Positions 18,884 to 30,450 are shown, counted from the stretch's first letter. The stretch: DNA of 64,000 bases from Aureliella sp. (GCA_963691875.1 OY829846.1:4384001-4448000), one strand, 5' to 3'. Notes: generated from the sequence alone by a model not told the origin. Translations and numbers: made by a program.

Positions 18884-19912
18884 ATGATCGTCGTGATGGA
18901 ACAGAATGCCACCGAAGAGCAAATTCAATACATGACCGAGCGTGTCCAGAGCTTGGGCCTCAAGGCACATGTGATTCAGGGCACGGAGCGAACCGTTATT
19001 GCAGCTGTCGGCGACGAGCGCGTCACAAAGGCATCTTCGCTGGAAAGTGGTCCAGGTGTTGCCGAAGTCATGCCGATTTTGGCTCCGTACAAAGTGGCGA
19101 GCAAAGAGCTTAAGTCAGAGCCCACGCGCATAAAGGTTCTCGATTACCAAGCTGGCGCTGGCGTGGTTGGTGTCATGGCTGGCCCTTGTTCGGTTGAGAA
19201 TGAAGAGCAAATTGTTTCTTCGGCGAAGGCTGTCAAGAAGGCTGGTGCTACCGCACTTCGCGGCGGTGCTTTCAAGCCGCGAACCAGCCCCTACAGCTTC
19301 CAAGGTATGAAGGAGGAGGGGCTTAAGCTACTCGCGCTGGCACGCGAAGAAACTGGTTTGGCCGTCGTTACAGAAGTGATGACTAGCGAAGAAGTGGATT
19401 TGGTTGCCAAGTATGCCGACGTACTGCAGATCGGTGCGAGAAATATGCAGAACTATCGTTTGCTCGAGGCGGTTGGCAAGAGCGACAGAGCAGTTCTTCT
19501 TAAGCGAGGGGCCAGCGCGACAGTCGATGAATTCTTGTTAGCAGCCGAATACGTTCTTAACGAAGGCAATCCGAACGTGATGCTCTGCGAGCGCGGCATT
19601 CGTACTTTTGAGGGGCATACGCGATTTACACTTCCACTAGCGACAGTGCCTTATCTGCATAAGAAAACGCACTTGCCGGTGATCATCGATCCGAGTCATG
19701 GAACCGGCCACGCTTACATGGTGCCCGACATGTCAGTGGCAGCTGTTGCCGCTGGTGCAGACGGCTTGATTATTGAAGTTCATCCGACTCCGGAAACTGC
19801 TGCATCGGATGGTTATCAGACATTGAACTTCGACCAGTTTGAGTCCACCATGGTGCGTTGCCAGAAGGTGGCCGCGGCTTGCGACAAAGAACTTTGCACC
19901 ATGCCGCAGTAA
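18884..19912 (+). CDS. aroF: DAHP synthase, type I-beta, with N-terminal ACT/ferredoxin-like regulatory domain
   Basis: [40 protein letters not shown] and DPSH. N-terminal MIVVM...GTERTVI domain. Confidence 0.95.
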   Translation: MIVVMEQNATEEQIQYMTERVQSLGLKAHVIQGTERTVIAAVGDERVTKASSLESGPGVAEVMPILAPYKVASKELKSEPTRIKVLDYQAGAGVVGVMAGPCSVENEEQIVSSAKAVKKAGATALRGGAFKPRTSPYSFQGMKEEGLKLLALAREETGLAVVTEVMTSEEVDLVAKYADVLQIGARNMQNYRLLEAVGKSDRAVLLKRGASATVDEFLLAAEYVLNEGNPNVMLCERGIRTFEGHTRFTLPLATVPYLHKKTHLPVIIDPSHGTGHAYMVPDMSVAAVAAGADGLIIEVHPTPETAASDGYQTLNFDQFESTMVRCQKVAAACDKELCTMPQ

Positions 19913-19931
19913 CTAAATCTCTACTATCGAA

Positions 19932-19955
19932 CACGCAGCTGGTCTAAGCTGCGTG
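19932..19955 (+). terminator. Hairpin after aroF (possible terminator, no U-tract)
   Basis: CACGCAGCT-GGTCTA-AGCTGCGTG perfect 9-bp inverted repeat 20 nt after the stop codon. Confidence 0.4.
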
Positions 19956-20086
19956 ACTGTTGGTCTCTTGGTTCTCTTCCGTATGAATGCGGGACAATGA
20001 AGATTGGTTGCGTCTTGCGCGGGAAGGTTTAGCAGCGTACAATGGGCGGATCTGCAAGAAGTTCCTAACCCACGATTCTCCTGCTC

Positions 20087-21238
20087 ATGGCGACCAAGCT
20101 CAAGAAATCACTCGGCAAGATCCACCATGGCGACTGTCTCAAAGGACTCCAGACGCTAACGAAGGAAAGCGTGGATCTTGCTTTTGCAGATCCGCCTTTC
20201 AACATAGGGTACGAGTATGACGAGTACGATGATCGTCTAGAAGCGGATAAGTACGTCGCTTGGTGTAGTGACTGGATGAGCGAGATTCACCGCGTTCTCA
20301 AGAAGGATGGGACTTTCTGGCTGGCAATCGGCGATGACTTCGCAGCTGAACTGAAGATAGCCGCTCAGCAACTTGGTTTCCAAACACGCAACTGGGTGAT
20401 CTGGTATTACACCTTTGGGGTGCACTGCAAGTCGAAGTTCACACGCTCGCACACGCATCTTTTCTACTTCACTATTGATCCGAAAGAGTTTACTTTCAAT
20501 TTCAGCGGTGTTGCCGTGCCTTCGGCGCGCCAACTGGTTTACAACGACAAGCGTTCAAATCCCGCGGGTCGTTCGCCAGATGATACTTGGATTCTTCGTC
20601 CCCAGGACTGTGAAGGCTTTTCCGACGACGAAGATACCTGGTACTTCCCGCGTGTCGCGGGTACTTTCAAAGAGCGCGCTGGTTTTCACACCTGCCAAAT
20701 GCCCGAGCAGCTCTTGGGCCGCATTGTCCGTGGCTGCTCGAATCCAGACGACATTGTGATGGATCCATTTTCGGGAAGCGGTACCACATTGGCCGTTGCC
20801 AAGAAGCTCGGGCGGAAGTACTTGGGCTTCGAAATGTCTGAGGATTACGTCAAGTTCGGTATGGAACGCTTGGCTGCCTGCAAGGCGGGTGACGCATTGC
20901 AGGGTGCCAAGGAGCCACGAGTGAGTGCGCCAGCCACCAGGGATGGCAAGCCTTTGAATCGGAAGAAAGTGGCAAAGAGAAGAACGTCAAAAAAGAAGAA
21001 GCAGGCTGAAGCAAGGGTTAGTTCTCCAGCGAACATCGAGAAGCCAGGCAAGCCAAACTTGCAGCTAGATCTGTTGTTCGAAGAGAGCCCAGCACCAGCG
21101 GCACGAACAAAGGCCAAGGCGAAACCCAAGGCGAAAGCAACAAAGAAAAGCAAGCCAAAGTCGAAGCCAGGGTACTCTGCGGCCAAGAAGAAAGCTACGG
21201 CTAAGAAGCGTTCCCGAAAGGCGACGGCCAAATCGTGA
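20087..21238 (+). CDS. Orphan N4/N6 DNA methyltransferase (beta class) with Lys/Ala-rich C-terminal tail
   Basis: DPPF (motif IV) precedes DPFSGSGTT (motif I). No restriction endonuclease is adjacent. Basic tail of about 95 aa. Confidence 0.9.
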   Translation: MATKLKKSLGKIHHGDCLKGLQTLTKESVDLAFADPPFNIGYEYDEYDDRLEADKYVAWCSDWMSEIHRVLKKDGTFWLAIGDDFAAELKIAAQQLGFQTRNWVIWYYTFGVHCKSKFTRSHTHLFYFTIDPKEFTFNFSGVAVPSARQLVYNDKRSNPAGRSPDDTWILRPQDCEGFSDDEDTWYFPRVAGTFKERAGFHTCQMPEQLLGRIVRGCSNPDDIVMDPFSGSGTTLAVAKKLGRKYLGFEMSEDYVKFGMERLAACKAGDALQGAKEPRVSAPATRDGKPLNRKKVAKRRTSKKKKQAEARVSSPANIEKPGKPNLQLDLLFEESPAPAARTKAKAKPKAKATKKSKPKSKPGYSAAKKKATAKKRSRKATAKS

Positions 21239-22644
21239 GTTCTGCTTCTGAACCCCCTGCCAATGATGAAAGCCGGTCGTCTGGTCAAAACGATCTGACG
21301 GAGTCGAAATCTTTTGGCTTGGGACTCACCACTTTGTCGGCACTCGTTGTGGCCAACATGATCGGCGCTGGAATCTTCACTTCAAGTGGATTCTCTCTCG
21401 CAACACTAGGTAATCCAGGGCGCGTTCTCGTGGCTTGGATCGTTTGTGGAGTGTGGGCCATTTGCGGCGCGATGGGCTATGCCGGGCTGGTGAAACGCTT
21501 GCCGCAGTCCGGGGGCGAGTATCTCTTTCTTCACCGCTTTGTGCACCCATCGGTCGGCTTTTTAGCCGGCTGGATTTCCGTGTTCGCTGGTTTCACTGCT
21601 CCGATTGCGGTGGCAGCGCTGGGCGCAGCAATCTACATGCTGCCTGGAGCCGAGGAAGGCACGACTCAAGTCAAACTCCTGGCGACGGGATTGATTGTGG
21701 TTGCGACTGTTTGCCATCTTGTCGGGTTAGGGCTTGGAACATTCATGCAGAACTTAATAGTGGTATTCAAACTCGCCTTGATCGGATTCACTCTAGTTTG
21801 GGCCTTTGGCTTCACGGATTCTGAGCTCTGGGTCGGGCAGGCGTTACCTGAGCGAGATGCGGCTTGGTTGCCAGGAAGTGTTGATGCTTGGAGCGCTTTC
21901 ATAGGGTCGATGTCATGGATTGCGTTGAGTTACACCGGATTTAATGCGGCGATTTATGTTGCTGGTGAGTCTCGAGATGCAACGCGACTCGTACCGAAGG
22001 CCATGCTGTTGGCAACCTTGCTTGTCACTGTAATTTATCTGTTGCTCAATGTTGTGTATGTGTTTGCAGCAGATCCAGAGTCGATTGCGGGCAACCCAGC
22101 GGTGGCGGTAATTGCGACAGAGCACATCGGAGGAGAATCACTGGCCCTTGTAGTGCGAGTGTCGATCGTTCTCTCCATGGCGAGTAGCGTATTCGCTATG
22201 CTGCTAGCCGGTCCGCGTGTTTATCAGAAGATGGCCGAAGACGGTGTGATGCCCCAAGTCCTGCAGGGGAAAGTAGGAGCCCCGGTTGCTGCGATCTTGG
22301 TTCAAGCTGTGCTGAGCATTGTCGCGGTCAATATTGCTGATCTGCTTCAGCTGTTGAAGTACTTGGGGCTGACACTTTCAGCGTGCGGTGCTCTGGCTGT
22401 AGCGAGTCTCTGCTGGGTAAGGTTGAAGCTACCAAATAGCATGAAGTTGCACTCAATAGAAATCTTATCACTTGTCGTCTACCTCGGCATTACAGCGTTG
22501 ATCTTGGCGGCATCATGGTACGAGCATCACACCGAATTTTTGGCCATGTGCGGAACATTTGTGCTGGGCCTTCTTGTGTATGGTCTGTGGTTATTGGTGA
22601 GTACTGGTCGCGACAAAACCGAGCCCTTGTCAGACAAGGTTTGA
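21235..22644 (+). CDS. APC-family amino acid permease
   Basis: [15 protein letters not shown] and YTGFN motifs with about 12 TM helices. Overlaps the MTase stop (GTGA). Confidence 0.92.
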   Translation: MSSASEPPANDESRSSGQNDLTESKSFGLGLTTLSALVVANMIGAGIFTSSGFSLATLGNPGRVLVAWIVCGVWAICGAMGYAGLVKRLPQSGGEYLFLHRFVHPSVGFLAGWISVFAGFTAPIAVAALGAAIYMLPGAEEGTTQVKLLATGLIVVATVCHLVGLGLGTFMQNLIVVFKLALIGFTLVWAFGFTDSELWVGQALPERDAAWLPGSVDAWSAFIGSMSWIALSYTGFNAAIYVAGESRDATRLVPKAMLLATLLVTVIYLLLNVVYVFAADPESIAGNPAVAVIATEHIGGESLALVVRVSIVLSMASSVFAMLLAGPRVYQKMAEDGVMPQVLQGKVGAPVAAILVQAVLSIVAVNIADLLQLLKYLGLTLSACGALAVASLCWVRLKLPNSMKLHSIEILSLVVYLGITALILAASWYEHHTEFLAMCGTFVLGLLVYGLWLLVSTGRDKTEPLSDKV

Positions 22645-22665
22645 CCCTCTCAGAATACGTACATC

Positions 22666-23208
22666 ATGAACAGTCAGTTTATTGCCGAGACTTATCGATT
22701 CTGCCCACGCTGCGGCGAGCCGAATCCCAACCCCGGGTGCACGCCTTTTACTTGCGAAAAATGCGGTTTCTATAATTATTTTGGGCCTGTTACGGCCGTT
22801 GGCGGTATCGTGGTGAACGAACGAGTTGAGATGCTCTTTATTCGTCGCGCCCGCGAGCCTGGCAAAGGTAAGTGGGGCTTGCCGGGTGGCTTCGTCGACG
22901 CTGGCGAAACGGCAGAACAAGCAGTCGCTCGCGAGATTCGCGAGGAAGTAGGTCTCACCGTTGTCAGTACTGAGTTTCTGACCACGGCTGTGAACGAATA
23001 TCACTTGCGGGGAATCTGCTCACCGGTCATTGATCTCTTCTACGTTGTAAGTGTCCAATCGGACACTCAGCTCGAGTTGGCCGTCGACGAAGTCGATCAT
23101 TATGAATGGTCGCGACCGATGTTATCACACCTTGAAAATATGGCCTTTGAGTCGAATCGTCTAGCCGTCGAGTTGTGGGCTAGGCGTGTTTCGCATTCTC
23201 GGGAGTAG
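22666..23208 (+). CDS. NUDIX hydrolase with N-terminal Zn ribbon
   Basis: CPRCG...CEKCG and the Nudix box GGFVDAGETAEQAVAREIREEVG. Confidence 0.92.
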   Translation: MNSQFIAETYRFCPRCGEPNPNPGCTPFTCEKCGFYNYFGPVTAVGGIVVNERVEMLFIRRAREPGKGKWGLPGGFVDAGETAEQAVAREIREEVGLTVVSTEFLTTAVNEYHLRGICSPVIDLFYVVSVQSDTQLELAVDEVDHYEWSRPMLSHLENMAFESNRLAVELWARRVSHSRE

Positions 23209-23593
23209 GTTGAATTGTCCTCGATCAAACCGGATCATGACTGAATAGCGTGGAGATTGATCAACGGCGGGTGGTAACCGTCCTAAAGCGAATTAAATCA
23301 GAGCTGTTTACCGGCAGTGGAATGCCTGGGACATGAGCCATTAGATTTATTTCGCGGATGTCGCAGTGGCTTTGGAGGCGAGAGATAGTGGCGAAGAAAG
23401 TCTTCTTATTCACTTTGATCACGATCGCCTGGATGGCTATTCAAAGTCGCTTACGACCCGTAGCTTGTGGGCCTTGCATGATATTAGATTCCACTGCGTA
23501 CAACTCAAGTGCAGAGGCTATCGATGCAGACGACATCGACATCGCTATTGCAACGCCGCAAAATTGTGGAGCATGCTGTTGGCCTGATCTGTT

Positions 23594-24187
23594 TCAGCTG
23601 TTCAGTGTGCCCTTGGTACTCGGCACGTCGATTTGACGCGGATCGTCGCTGACAGCGATACGTAGTGCCCTAGCACTTGCTTTAAAGATTCCCTCGGCGA
23701 TGTGATGGCTGTTGCGACCATAGTGAAGCAACACGTGATAGTTACAAAGAGTGTTGCTAGCGAAGGAATACCAAAAGTCCTCGACGAGTTCGCTGTCGAA
23801 TTCCCCAATTTTGGCGGCAGGAATCGGCGCGTTGAAGACGACGTAGCTGCGACCGCTTAAGTCTACCGCCACAGTTACGAGTGTCTCTTCCATTGGAAGA
23901 ACCATGTGCCCGTAACGCGCTATACCTCGCTTATCACCGAGCGCTTTGGCAAAGGCTTGGCCAAGACAGATTCCGATATCTTCAGTTGTGTGGTGTGAGT
24001 CCACTTGTGTGTCGCCATCGCAGCTTACTTTCAAATCGAATAAACCATGCTTAGCGAACAGAGTGAGCATGTGATCCAAAAAACCGACTCCGGAATCGAT
24101 CTCGCTCTGGCCAGTGCCATCGAGGTTCAATTCCAAGTGGATTTTGGTTTCCGCTGTTTCTCGTTGAATTGTTGCGCTGCGAGTCAT
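23594..24187 (-). CDS. hisB: Imidazoleglycerol-phosphate dehydratase
   Basis: [32 protein letters not shown]. Confidence 0.97.
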   Translation of the reverse strand: MTRSATIQRETAETKIHLELNLDGTGQSEIDSGVGFLDHMLTLFAKHGLFDLKVSCDGDTQVDSHHTTEDIGICLGQAFAKALGDKRGIARYGHMVLPMEETLVTVAVDLSGRSYVVFNAPIPAAKIGEFDSELVEDFWYSFASNTLCNYHVLLHYGRNSHHIAEGIFKASARALRIAVSDDPRQIDVPSTKGTLNS

Positions 24188-24247
24188 CTCTAGCGAGTCA
24201 TCTCTATATTCTGTAGTCGGTTTAGCTTAAGGTTCGCAGGTTCTTGT

Positions 24248-24395
24248 CTCCCTCCCTTTCTGAGCTCGGTGCCGAATTCTGGGAGGGGCGGAGCCCAAAC
24301 GACGGGGAAGGCCTCGCGACCAAAGCCCCTCTCAGGGTCCCTGCGTAATGGGGGTGTTCGACTCTCCCCCAGTAACCTGCTCCGCAGGAGGAGAG
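24248..24395. repeat. REP-like nested palindromic element between hisC and hisB
   Basis: CCCTCCC (24250-56) pairs with GGGAGGG (24281-87). CTCTCC (24362-67) pairs with GGAGAG (24390-95) and encloses CCTGC-TCC-GCAGG. Confidence 0.45.
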
Positions 24396-24435
24396 AAGCG
24401 ACGTAGTAGTTTCAAGTGGAATGCAAAGTTCGAGC

Positions 24436-25506
24436 CTACGCCAAGTACCCTGCCAGGTAGGCCAGGCAAGCGTCAACTTGAGCGTCGGTTCCGACGCTGA
24501 TTCTCAAGCCATCGCCCCAGTCAGCGTAGTTCATGTAGCGAATCAGAATTCCGTCTGCTTTGAGTTGTTCGTAAAGCTCTTTCGAGCTCTTCTCGGGATG
24601 CTTGCACCACACAAAGTTGGCTTGGCTATCCAGAGATTCAAAACCCAGCTCGCGAAGTTTGCTCGTCAGGCGATCTCGAGTTGCCACAATTTTGCGGCGA
24701 TTGTCCAACAACCAAGTTTGATCGTCGATAGCCGCCGTCGCGCCGGCTAGGCTCAAGGCATCGCAATTGTAGCTGTCTTTTACCTTGCGGAGCATTTCAA
24801 TCACGGGCGGCTGCGCGACCAGGAATCCGAAACGTAAACCCGCCAATCCGTAAGACTTACTTAGTGTTCGAGACACCATAACTCGGGGATTCTCGCGTAC
24901 CAAATTGATGCAGTTGCTCTCGGCAAAATCGGCATAAGCCTCATCAACCAACAGTGGGCAAGGCAGCTGGTCGGCCAACTCGGCAACTTGTTTGGGTGTG
25001 AGAACCGTTCCGCTAGGGCTGTTGGGGTTCGGTAAGAATGCGAAACGAAGTTTCTCGTCAGCTGCCGTGAAGCGTTCGTCGAGCGAGAAATCTCTGCAGA
25101 ATGGGACTTCTTCGAATTGTGCTCCCTGGAGTTCGGATAGCGTGCGATAGAGGATGTAGCTGGGGTAGGGAAGTCGCAGCTTCTCGCCTTGGCCCACGAA
25201 TGCGCGTGTCAGAACCGTGAGAATATCATCGCTACCGTTGCCGCAGAGAATCCAATCTGGTTCTACCCCGAGCACTTCCGCAGCACGCATGCGAAAGCCA
25301 GTTCCAAGTGCGTCGGGATAGCGTTCCAGCCGCTGGGATGCTGCTTCTTGAATCGCTTGCACGACCTTGGGAGAAGGTGGGTACGGGTTCTCGTTGGTGT
25401 TCATTTTGATGACTTTGCCGCCCCTGGGTTGTTCCCCAGGTAAATACGCCGCCATCTCCCGAATCTCGGGTCGAAAGAACTGCTCAATGTCGCTAGTGCG
25501 ATTCAA
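24436..25506 (-). CDS. hisC: Histidinol-phosphate aminotransferase
   Basis: NTNENP, GNGSDD, NPNSPSG, DEAY and RTLSKSYGLAGLR (PLP Lys). Lies between hisD and hisB. Confidence 0.96.
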   Translation of the reverse strand: MNRTSDIEQFFRPEIREMAAYLPGEQPRGGKVIKMNTNENPYPPSPKVVQAIQEAASQRLERYPDALGTGFRMRAAEVLGVEPDWILCGNGSDDILTVLTRAFVGQGEKLRLPYPSYILYRTLSELQGAQFEEVPFCRDFSLDERFTAADEKLRFAFLPNPNSPSGTVLTPKQVAELADQLPCPLLVDEAYADFAESNCINLVRENPRVMVSRTLSKSYGLAGLRFGFLVAQPPVIEMLRKVKDSYNCDALSLAGATAAIDDQTWLLDNRRKIVATRDRLTSKLRELGFESLDSQANFVWCKHPEKSSKELYEQLKADGILIRYMNYADWGDGLRISVGTDAQVDACLAYLAGYLA

Positions 25507-25540
25507 TTTGAATTCCTAAATACGGTGAGCCCAGTCGGTA

Positions 25541-26896
25541 TTAGCTCAGGCGAATGTCAACGCTGTTGCGGTGTGCGGTCAGACCTTCCTTCTCAGCCAG
25601 TAGCGCGATTTCGGCTTGAATGCCGCCGAGAGCGTCTTTCGAGTACTCGATGACGCTGCCGCTTCGTAGGAAGGAGTTCGCCGACAGTCCGGCCGCCCAG
25701 CGAGCGGTGCCACCGGTGGGAAGGACGTGCGACGGTCCAGCCGCGTAGTCACCTAGTGCTACTGGACTAAAGTCGCCCAGGAATGTTGCCCCTGCGTTGC
25801 GAATTCGATCTGACTGCTCGCGAGGTTTCTCGCAGGCGATATGCAAATGCTCAGGCGCGATCAAGTCGGTGACTTCGCATGCTTGCGTCGCGTCACTGAC
25901 TAGGATGATGGCACCAAAATCATTTAGACTGTCATAGGTTAAATCACTGCGACTGAGATTTTGCAACTGCGACTCGAGTTCTTGTTCCACTCGGTCGGGT
26001 AGTGACTCGTCCCAAGTTACCAGCACACTCGCGCCCGGAGAATGCTCTGCTTGAGCCAACATGTCTGCTGCAGTGTACGCAGAGTTAGTTGTCGAATCCG
26101 CGACGACGACCACTTCGCTGGGGCCTGCGATCGAGTCAATATCGACATCGCCGTAGACTTGCTTCTTGGCGAGGGCTACAAACAGATTGCCGGGGCCAAC
26201 GATTTTGTCGACTGCATCAAGCCCATCGACTCCGTAAGCCATGGCTGCGACAGCTTGAGCTCCACCTATCGGATACACTTCGGTGATCCCGAGTTCGTGG
26301 CAGGTGGCGAGAACATCGCAGTTAAACGCGCCAAAGTCCGTTGGTGGAGCGACGACTGCGATTTGCTCCACTCCAGCTGCTTGAGCAGGAACTACTGTCA
26401 TGAGCACGGTCGATGGATAAGCAGCTGCACCACCGGGAACGCAGACGCCAATTCGATGCAAAGGGACGTAACGCTGGTCGAGTCGGATACCAGGAGCGGG
26501 CTCGATGCTGGAGGTCTGGTGAAGGATCGATTTTTGGAATTGCAGAATGTTGTCCCGAATGCGGCGGATCGTGGCTAGGAATTCCGGGGCTGCTGCTGCG
26601 TGAGCTTCTTGGAGCTTTTCCGCGGGAACGGCAAAGTCGCTGCTTGGGAGCTCACTTCCGTCGAGTGCTTGACTGTACTTGGCCAATGCAGCTCGGCCTT
26701 CATTGCGGACATCGGAGCAAATTCGCTCTACGACTTGGCCTGGTGTTAGTGTTTCGCCGAAAACGCGTTTGGTAAGCTCTTGGCCCTTCGGACTCACAAC
26801 GTTTCCGGAGGGGCTTAGGCGAGCGCGCATGGCCTCAAACTCGGTTTCAAAGCCACTTTGGCGAGCGTCGATGCGTTGGATTCTCAGTTGCTTCAT
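25541..26896 (-). CDS. hisD: Histidinol dehydrogenase
   Basis: VPGGAAAYPSTVLM, GGAQAVAA, GPGN, AGPSE, QAEH, APEHL and GPSHVLPT. Start moved to ATG 26896. Confidence 0.96.
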   Translation of the reverse strand: MKQLRIQRIDARQSGFETEFEAMRARLSPSGNVVSPKGQELTKRVFGETLTPGQVVERICSDVRNEGRAALAKYSQALDGSELPSSDFAVPAEKLQEAHAAAAPEFLATIRRIRDNILQFQKSILHQTSSIEPAPGIRLDQRYVPLHRIGVCVPGGAAAYPSTVLMTVVPAQAAGVEQIAVVAPPTDFGAFNCDVLATCHELGITEVYPIGGAQAVAAMAYGVDGLDAVDKIVGPGNLFVALAKKQVYGDVDIDSIAGPSEVVVVADSTTNSAYTAADMLAQAEHSPGASVLVTWDESLPDRVEQELESQLQNLSRSDLTYDSLNDFGAIILVSDATQACEVTDLIAPEHLHIACEKPREQSDRIRNAGATFLGDFSPVALGDYAAGPSHVLPTGGTARWAAGLSANSFLRSGSVIEYSKDALGGIQAEIALLAEKEGLTAHRNSVDIRLS

Positions 26897-27238
26897 GGAT
26901 GCGGTAATTTCTGGGCTACAAACCCGGTGGAAAGCCAGTGTCAGCGTTAACAGGATAGCTTTCTGGCTAGCTTTCATCTATCGCCAATAGACGGAGTGAT
27001 CGTGCAAGACCCTAGATTATGACCGGGCTTCTACTTGTTTGGTTCGTCCTTTTGGTAACGGAACCCTTCAAGAGTTTCGGCAGTTTTCAACGCAATTTGA
27101 ATCGCCGTTACATCGCTTCGCTCGTTATCGGCCTTCTTCGGGGAGCTCTGTGGTTTATTGCCCGCTGTGAAGACCTGGCGTTAGCGGTTACCCTGGACTG
27201 GCTTGACTTTATCTTGACTCCGAAAAGAAATCTCGTTC

Positions 27239-28288
27239 ATGTCCAGAACTAAAGCAGCTCCGCCGAGAATTGACCTTCGCAGCGACACGGTCACCAAGCC
27301 TTGTCCCGGCATGCTAGCGGCAATGTCCTTGGCCGAAGTCGGCGATGACGTCATTTGTTCTGATCCCACGGTCGAAAATCTTCAAGCGAAGATTGCCGGG
27401 CTACTCGGCAAGGAAGCTGCCGTGTTCATGCCAAGTGGGAGTATGGCGAATCAAATCGGTGTGCGCTTGCACTGCCAGCCTGGTGATGAGTTTCTGTGTG
27501 AGTCGGAATGCCATATCTACATGTACGAGCAAGGTGCTTTTGCTCAGCTAAGTGGACTGGTTCCAAAGCTGTTGCCTGGAACGAGCGGGGTTCTCACGCC
27601 GGAACAATTTCTACGAGCGATCAACCCGATTGATGACCACGCGCTGCGGTCAGCCTTGGTCACCCTGGAGAACACTCACAATCGCGGTGGCGGCGTGGTT
27701 CAGCCGATGGATTCGGTGAGTGAAATTTGCACTTGGGCGCATGCTAACGGACTTAAGACACACCTGGATGGAGCGAGATTGTTCAATGCGGTGGTGGCCT
27801 CAGGATATTCCGCCGAAGAGTTGGCAAGTGATTTTGATACCGTTAGCGTTTGTTTCTCGAAAGGACTTGGTGCACCTGTTGGATCAGCGCTTGTTGGTAA
27901 TGGGGAGGCGATGGTCAAAGCCCGTCGCATTCGCAAGCTGTTTGGCGGCGGCATGCGTCAAGTCGGCTTTCTGGCCGCAGCGGCTCTATACGCACTTGAA
28001 AACAATATTGATTCGCTGCGCCAAGATCACGACTGGGCTAAGCAATTGGCTACTTCTGCAGTTCGGCGCGATGGCTTGTTTGTCGATCGTGAGCCAGAAA
28101 CAAATATCGTTTTAGTTCGAGTCGATCCGGAGCTGGGAACTCCAGCCGTTTTGTGCGAGGCGTTAGAGAAGAAAGGAATTGGCTCATTTCCTTTCGGTGC
28201 CGATCGCATTCGCTTGGTTACCCACCGTGATCTGACTCAAGGACAAATCGATGAAGCCTGCGATGTGATGGAGCGAGTTGAGTTTTAG
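27239..28288 (+). CDS. ltaE: Low-specificity L-threonine aldolase
   Basis: DLRSDTVT, ENTHN, HLDGAR, CFSKGLGAPVGS, GGGMRQ. Confidence 0.93.
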   Translation: MSRTKAAPPRIDLRSDTVTKPCPGMLAAMSLAEVGDDVICSDPTVENLQAKIAGLLGKEAAVFMPSGSMANQIGVRLHCQPGDEFLCESECHIYMYEQGAFAQLSGLVPKLLPGTSGVLTPEQFLRAINPIDDHALRSALVTLENTHNRGGGVVQPMDSVSEICTWAHANGLKTHLDGARLFNAVVASGYSAEELASDFDTVSVCFSKGLGAPVGSALVGNGEAMVKARRIRKLFGGGMRQVGFLAAAALYALENNIDSLRQDHDWAKQLATSAVRRDGLFVDREPETNIVLVRVDPELGTPAVLCEALEKKGIGSFPFGADRIRLVTHRDLTQGQIDEACDVMERVEF

Positions 28289-28301
28289 GCTGAGAATGCA
28301 C

Positions 28302-29123
28302 TTATCTGTCTAGCATTCTTGTGAACCAAGCGCCAATTGAGCTGGCGACAAAGTTAAGGTCTGCGGCTTCGCGAGCAAAGAGGTGGTCAGCGCCAGGCAA
28401 GGTGATCAAGCTTGCAGGAGAAGGCTCGGGGTCGTCGGGCGTGCGTTGAGTCAAGCAACTGAATAGTCGCAGAGCATGCTCATAGCCGAGCGTTTCGTCT
28501 TCGGGGCTGTGAAAGAGCATGACTGGTTTGGTGGTCTTACGGAGCAGGGCCGGGAGGTCATGGCTACGAAAGTCGTCCAGCATCTGTTTGCGAATCACGT
28601 AGTCGATCCCGCCGATGGTGACCGAGCCGATTCCCTTCACTGCAATCTCCGGATCCATTCTTTGAAGCAGGTTGGCAAGATGCGAAGTGTCGCTCGGACC
28701 GGCGATGGAAACGGTGGCTCGCACTGAGGCAATTTGTTCGGTCAGTGACAGGCTGCAGGCGGCTCCGAAACTGTGCCCAACGAGAAAATGCGGTGCTTCG
28801 AGGTGCTTGGAAAGGAAGCGATGGGCTGCCAGTAGGTCTTGCTGGTTGGTGCTGAAGTTTGTCAGCGAGAAGTCGCCTTTGCTACCGCCAAGACCAGTGA
28901 GATCGTAGCGCAAGACTGCAAAGCCTTCGGCGGCTAAGCCCCGCGAAATTCGGACGATGGCTTTCAGGTCTTTGTTGCAGGTAAAGCAATGCGTGAACAA
29001 CGATGTTGCTCGCGGCGTGCTTGCCGGCAGATCAAGGATACCCGCTAACTTGTGGCCGTTACCGCCCTCAAACTCCACTCGCTGGCTGCGGCGAATGGGT
29101 GAAGGGCCGTTGGTGTCGTCCAT
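28302..29123 (-). CDS. Alpha/beta hydrolase (type usually fused to OsmC)
   Basis: HCFTCNKD, GHSFG nucleophile elbow, HSPED and GADHL. Confidence 0.88.
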   Translation of the reverse strand: MDDTNGPSPIRRSQRVEFEGGNGHKLAGILDLPASTPRATSLFTHCFTCNKDLKAIVRISRGLAAEGFAVLRYDLTGLGGSKGDFSLTNFSTNQQDLLAAHRFLSKHLEAPHFLVGHSFGAACSLSLTEQIASVRATVSIAGPSDTSHLANLLQRMDPEIAVKGIGSVTIGGIDYVIRKQMLDDFRSHDLPALLRKTTKPVMLFHSPEDETLGYEHALRLFSCLTQRTPDDPEPSPASLITLPGADHLFAREAADLNFVASSIGAWFTRMLDR

Positions 29124-29212
29124 GAGAGATTTCGGCTCGGATCTGATTGCGTCGGAATTCTGGCTAATCCCAATCGGAGAATGTTGGCGAATCGAATACG
29201 AAGCGATAAATG

Positions 29213-30193
29213 TTAATTGGTTTCGAGGCCGAGGTTTCCGTCCTTGAAGGCCAGTGCCATGGCACGTGGAACTTCGGCTTCGGCAAGCACAAGCTGAGCT
29301 TGATTCTCTGCGACGCTAGCTCGGTTCTCTTGCTCGGTCGCGATTGCTTCGGCGCGGCGTTGTTCAGCTTTTGCTCGAGCGACACGGACATCTGCTTCGG
29401 CTTGGTCAGCTCGCAAGCGAGCTCCAATGTTGTCACCCACGTCAATATCGGCGATGTCGATGGAAACAATCTGGAAGGCTGTCTGAGCATCCAGTCCACG
29501 CTTCAAAACCGCACGCGAGATCAAGTCTGGATTCTCGAGGACCGTTTGGTGTGTGTCGCTAGAGCCAATCGAGCTAATGATACTTTCACCGACACGAGCA
29601 ATAATCGTTTCCTCGGTAGCACCACCAATCAGCTGCTCCAGGTTGGTTCGAACCGTCACCCGGGTTCTGACTCGAAGCTCAACTCCATCTTGAGCGATGG
29701 CTGACAAAGTTGACTTGCCACTGCGCCGAGAATCAGGGCAGTCAATGACTTTCGGATGTACGCTGGTGCGCACGGCGTCTTGAACGTCACGCCCTGCCAA
29801 GTCGATAGCGGCCGCTCGGTCGAAGTCCAAGTCGATACCTGCTCGCTGAGCCGCGATGATTGCTTGAACCACGTTCATTACGTTACCGCCGGCCAAATAG
29901 TGTGCTTCCAGCCGCTGTGTCAGGATGCCACTTTGAGAGCTGATGTCGAGACCAGCTTGAGCGGCCATAATTTTTGCGTGAACAATCACCGGTGCTTTGA
30001 CTTGACGGAAATACATTCCTACCAAGCTGAACATCGAGACTCGAGCGCTGGCAAAGTAAGCTTGGACCCAGAGTGAGCCAAAAGCGATGAACGCGATAAT
30101 GACAAAGAGAGCGAACAGTGCGGCAAAACCGATACCAACCCACTTTAGAATCATGAAGATATCGAAGGATTGTCCGAGCAGCAGGAGACTCAT
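29213..30193 (-). CDS. floA: Flotillin-like protein FloA (YqfA family)
   Basis: [32 protein letters not shown] and DQAEAD. Start moved to ATG 30193. Confidence 0.92.
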   Translation of the reverse strand: MSLLLLGQSFDIFMILKWVGIGFAALFALFVIIAFIAFGSLWVQAYFASARVSMFSLVGMYFRQVKAPVIVHAKIMAAQAGLDISSQSGILTQRLEAHYLAGGNVMNVVQAIIAAQRAGIDLDFDRAAAIDLAGRDVQDAVRTSVHPKVIDCPDSRRSGKSTLSAIAQDGVELRVRTRVTVRTNLEQLIGGATEETIIARVGESIISSIGSSDTHQTVLENPDLISRAVLKRGLDAQTAFQIVSIDIADIDVGDNIGARLRADQAEADVRVARAKAEQRRAEAIATEQENRASVAENQAQLVLAEAEVPRAMALAFKDGNLGLETN

Positions 30194-30450
30194 AGTTGGT
30201 ATCTCAGCGAGGATTTCAGGGTCCGAGCAACGTACTCCCTCGCATGATAGCTGGTTCTGGGGTGGTTTCCAAGAAGTCCACTGCGGGGGGAAGGAGGTGT
30301 TTTGCTGGGATATTGGCCGACGGCAGGGTCCTGGATGGCGTCTTTCTACCGGTCTACGAGCAGATTCGCTTAGGGAAGATTTGCCTAGGAAAAACGAAGC
30401 TTCAAAAAGCAGAAGCGGGGGCAACTGAGGACAATGGACGTAGTTTTTGT

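Noticed and set aside
20087..22644. Restriction-modification or defence island
   Set aside because: Neighbours are aroF, a permease and a NUDIX gene. No nuclease, integrase or evident compositional shift.
23209..23593. Small ORFs between the convergent NUDIX and hisB genes
   Set aside because: No recognisable motifs, and one overlaps hisB. Treated as non-coding or too decayed to call.
26897..27238. His leader peptide/attenuator upstream of hisD
   Set aside because: No His-codon run or terminator found on the minus strand.
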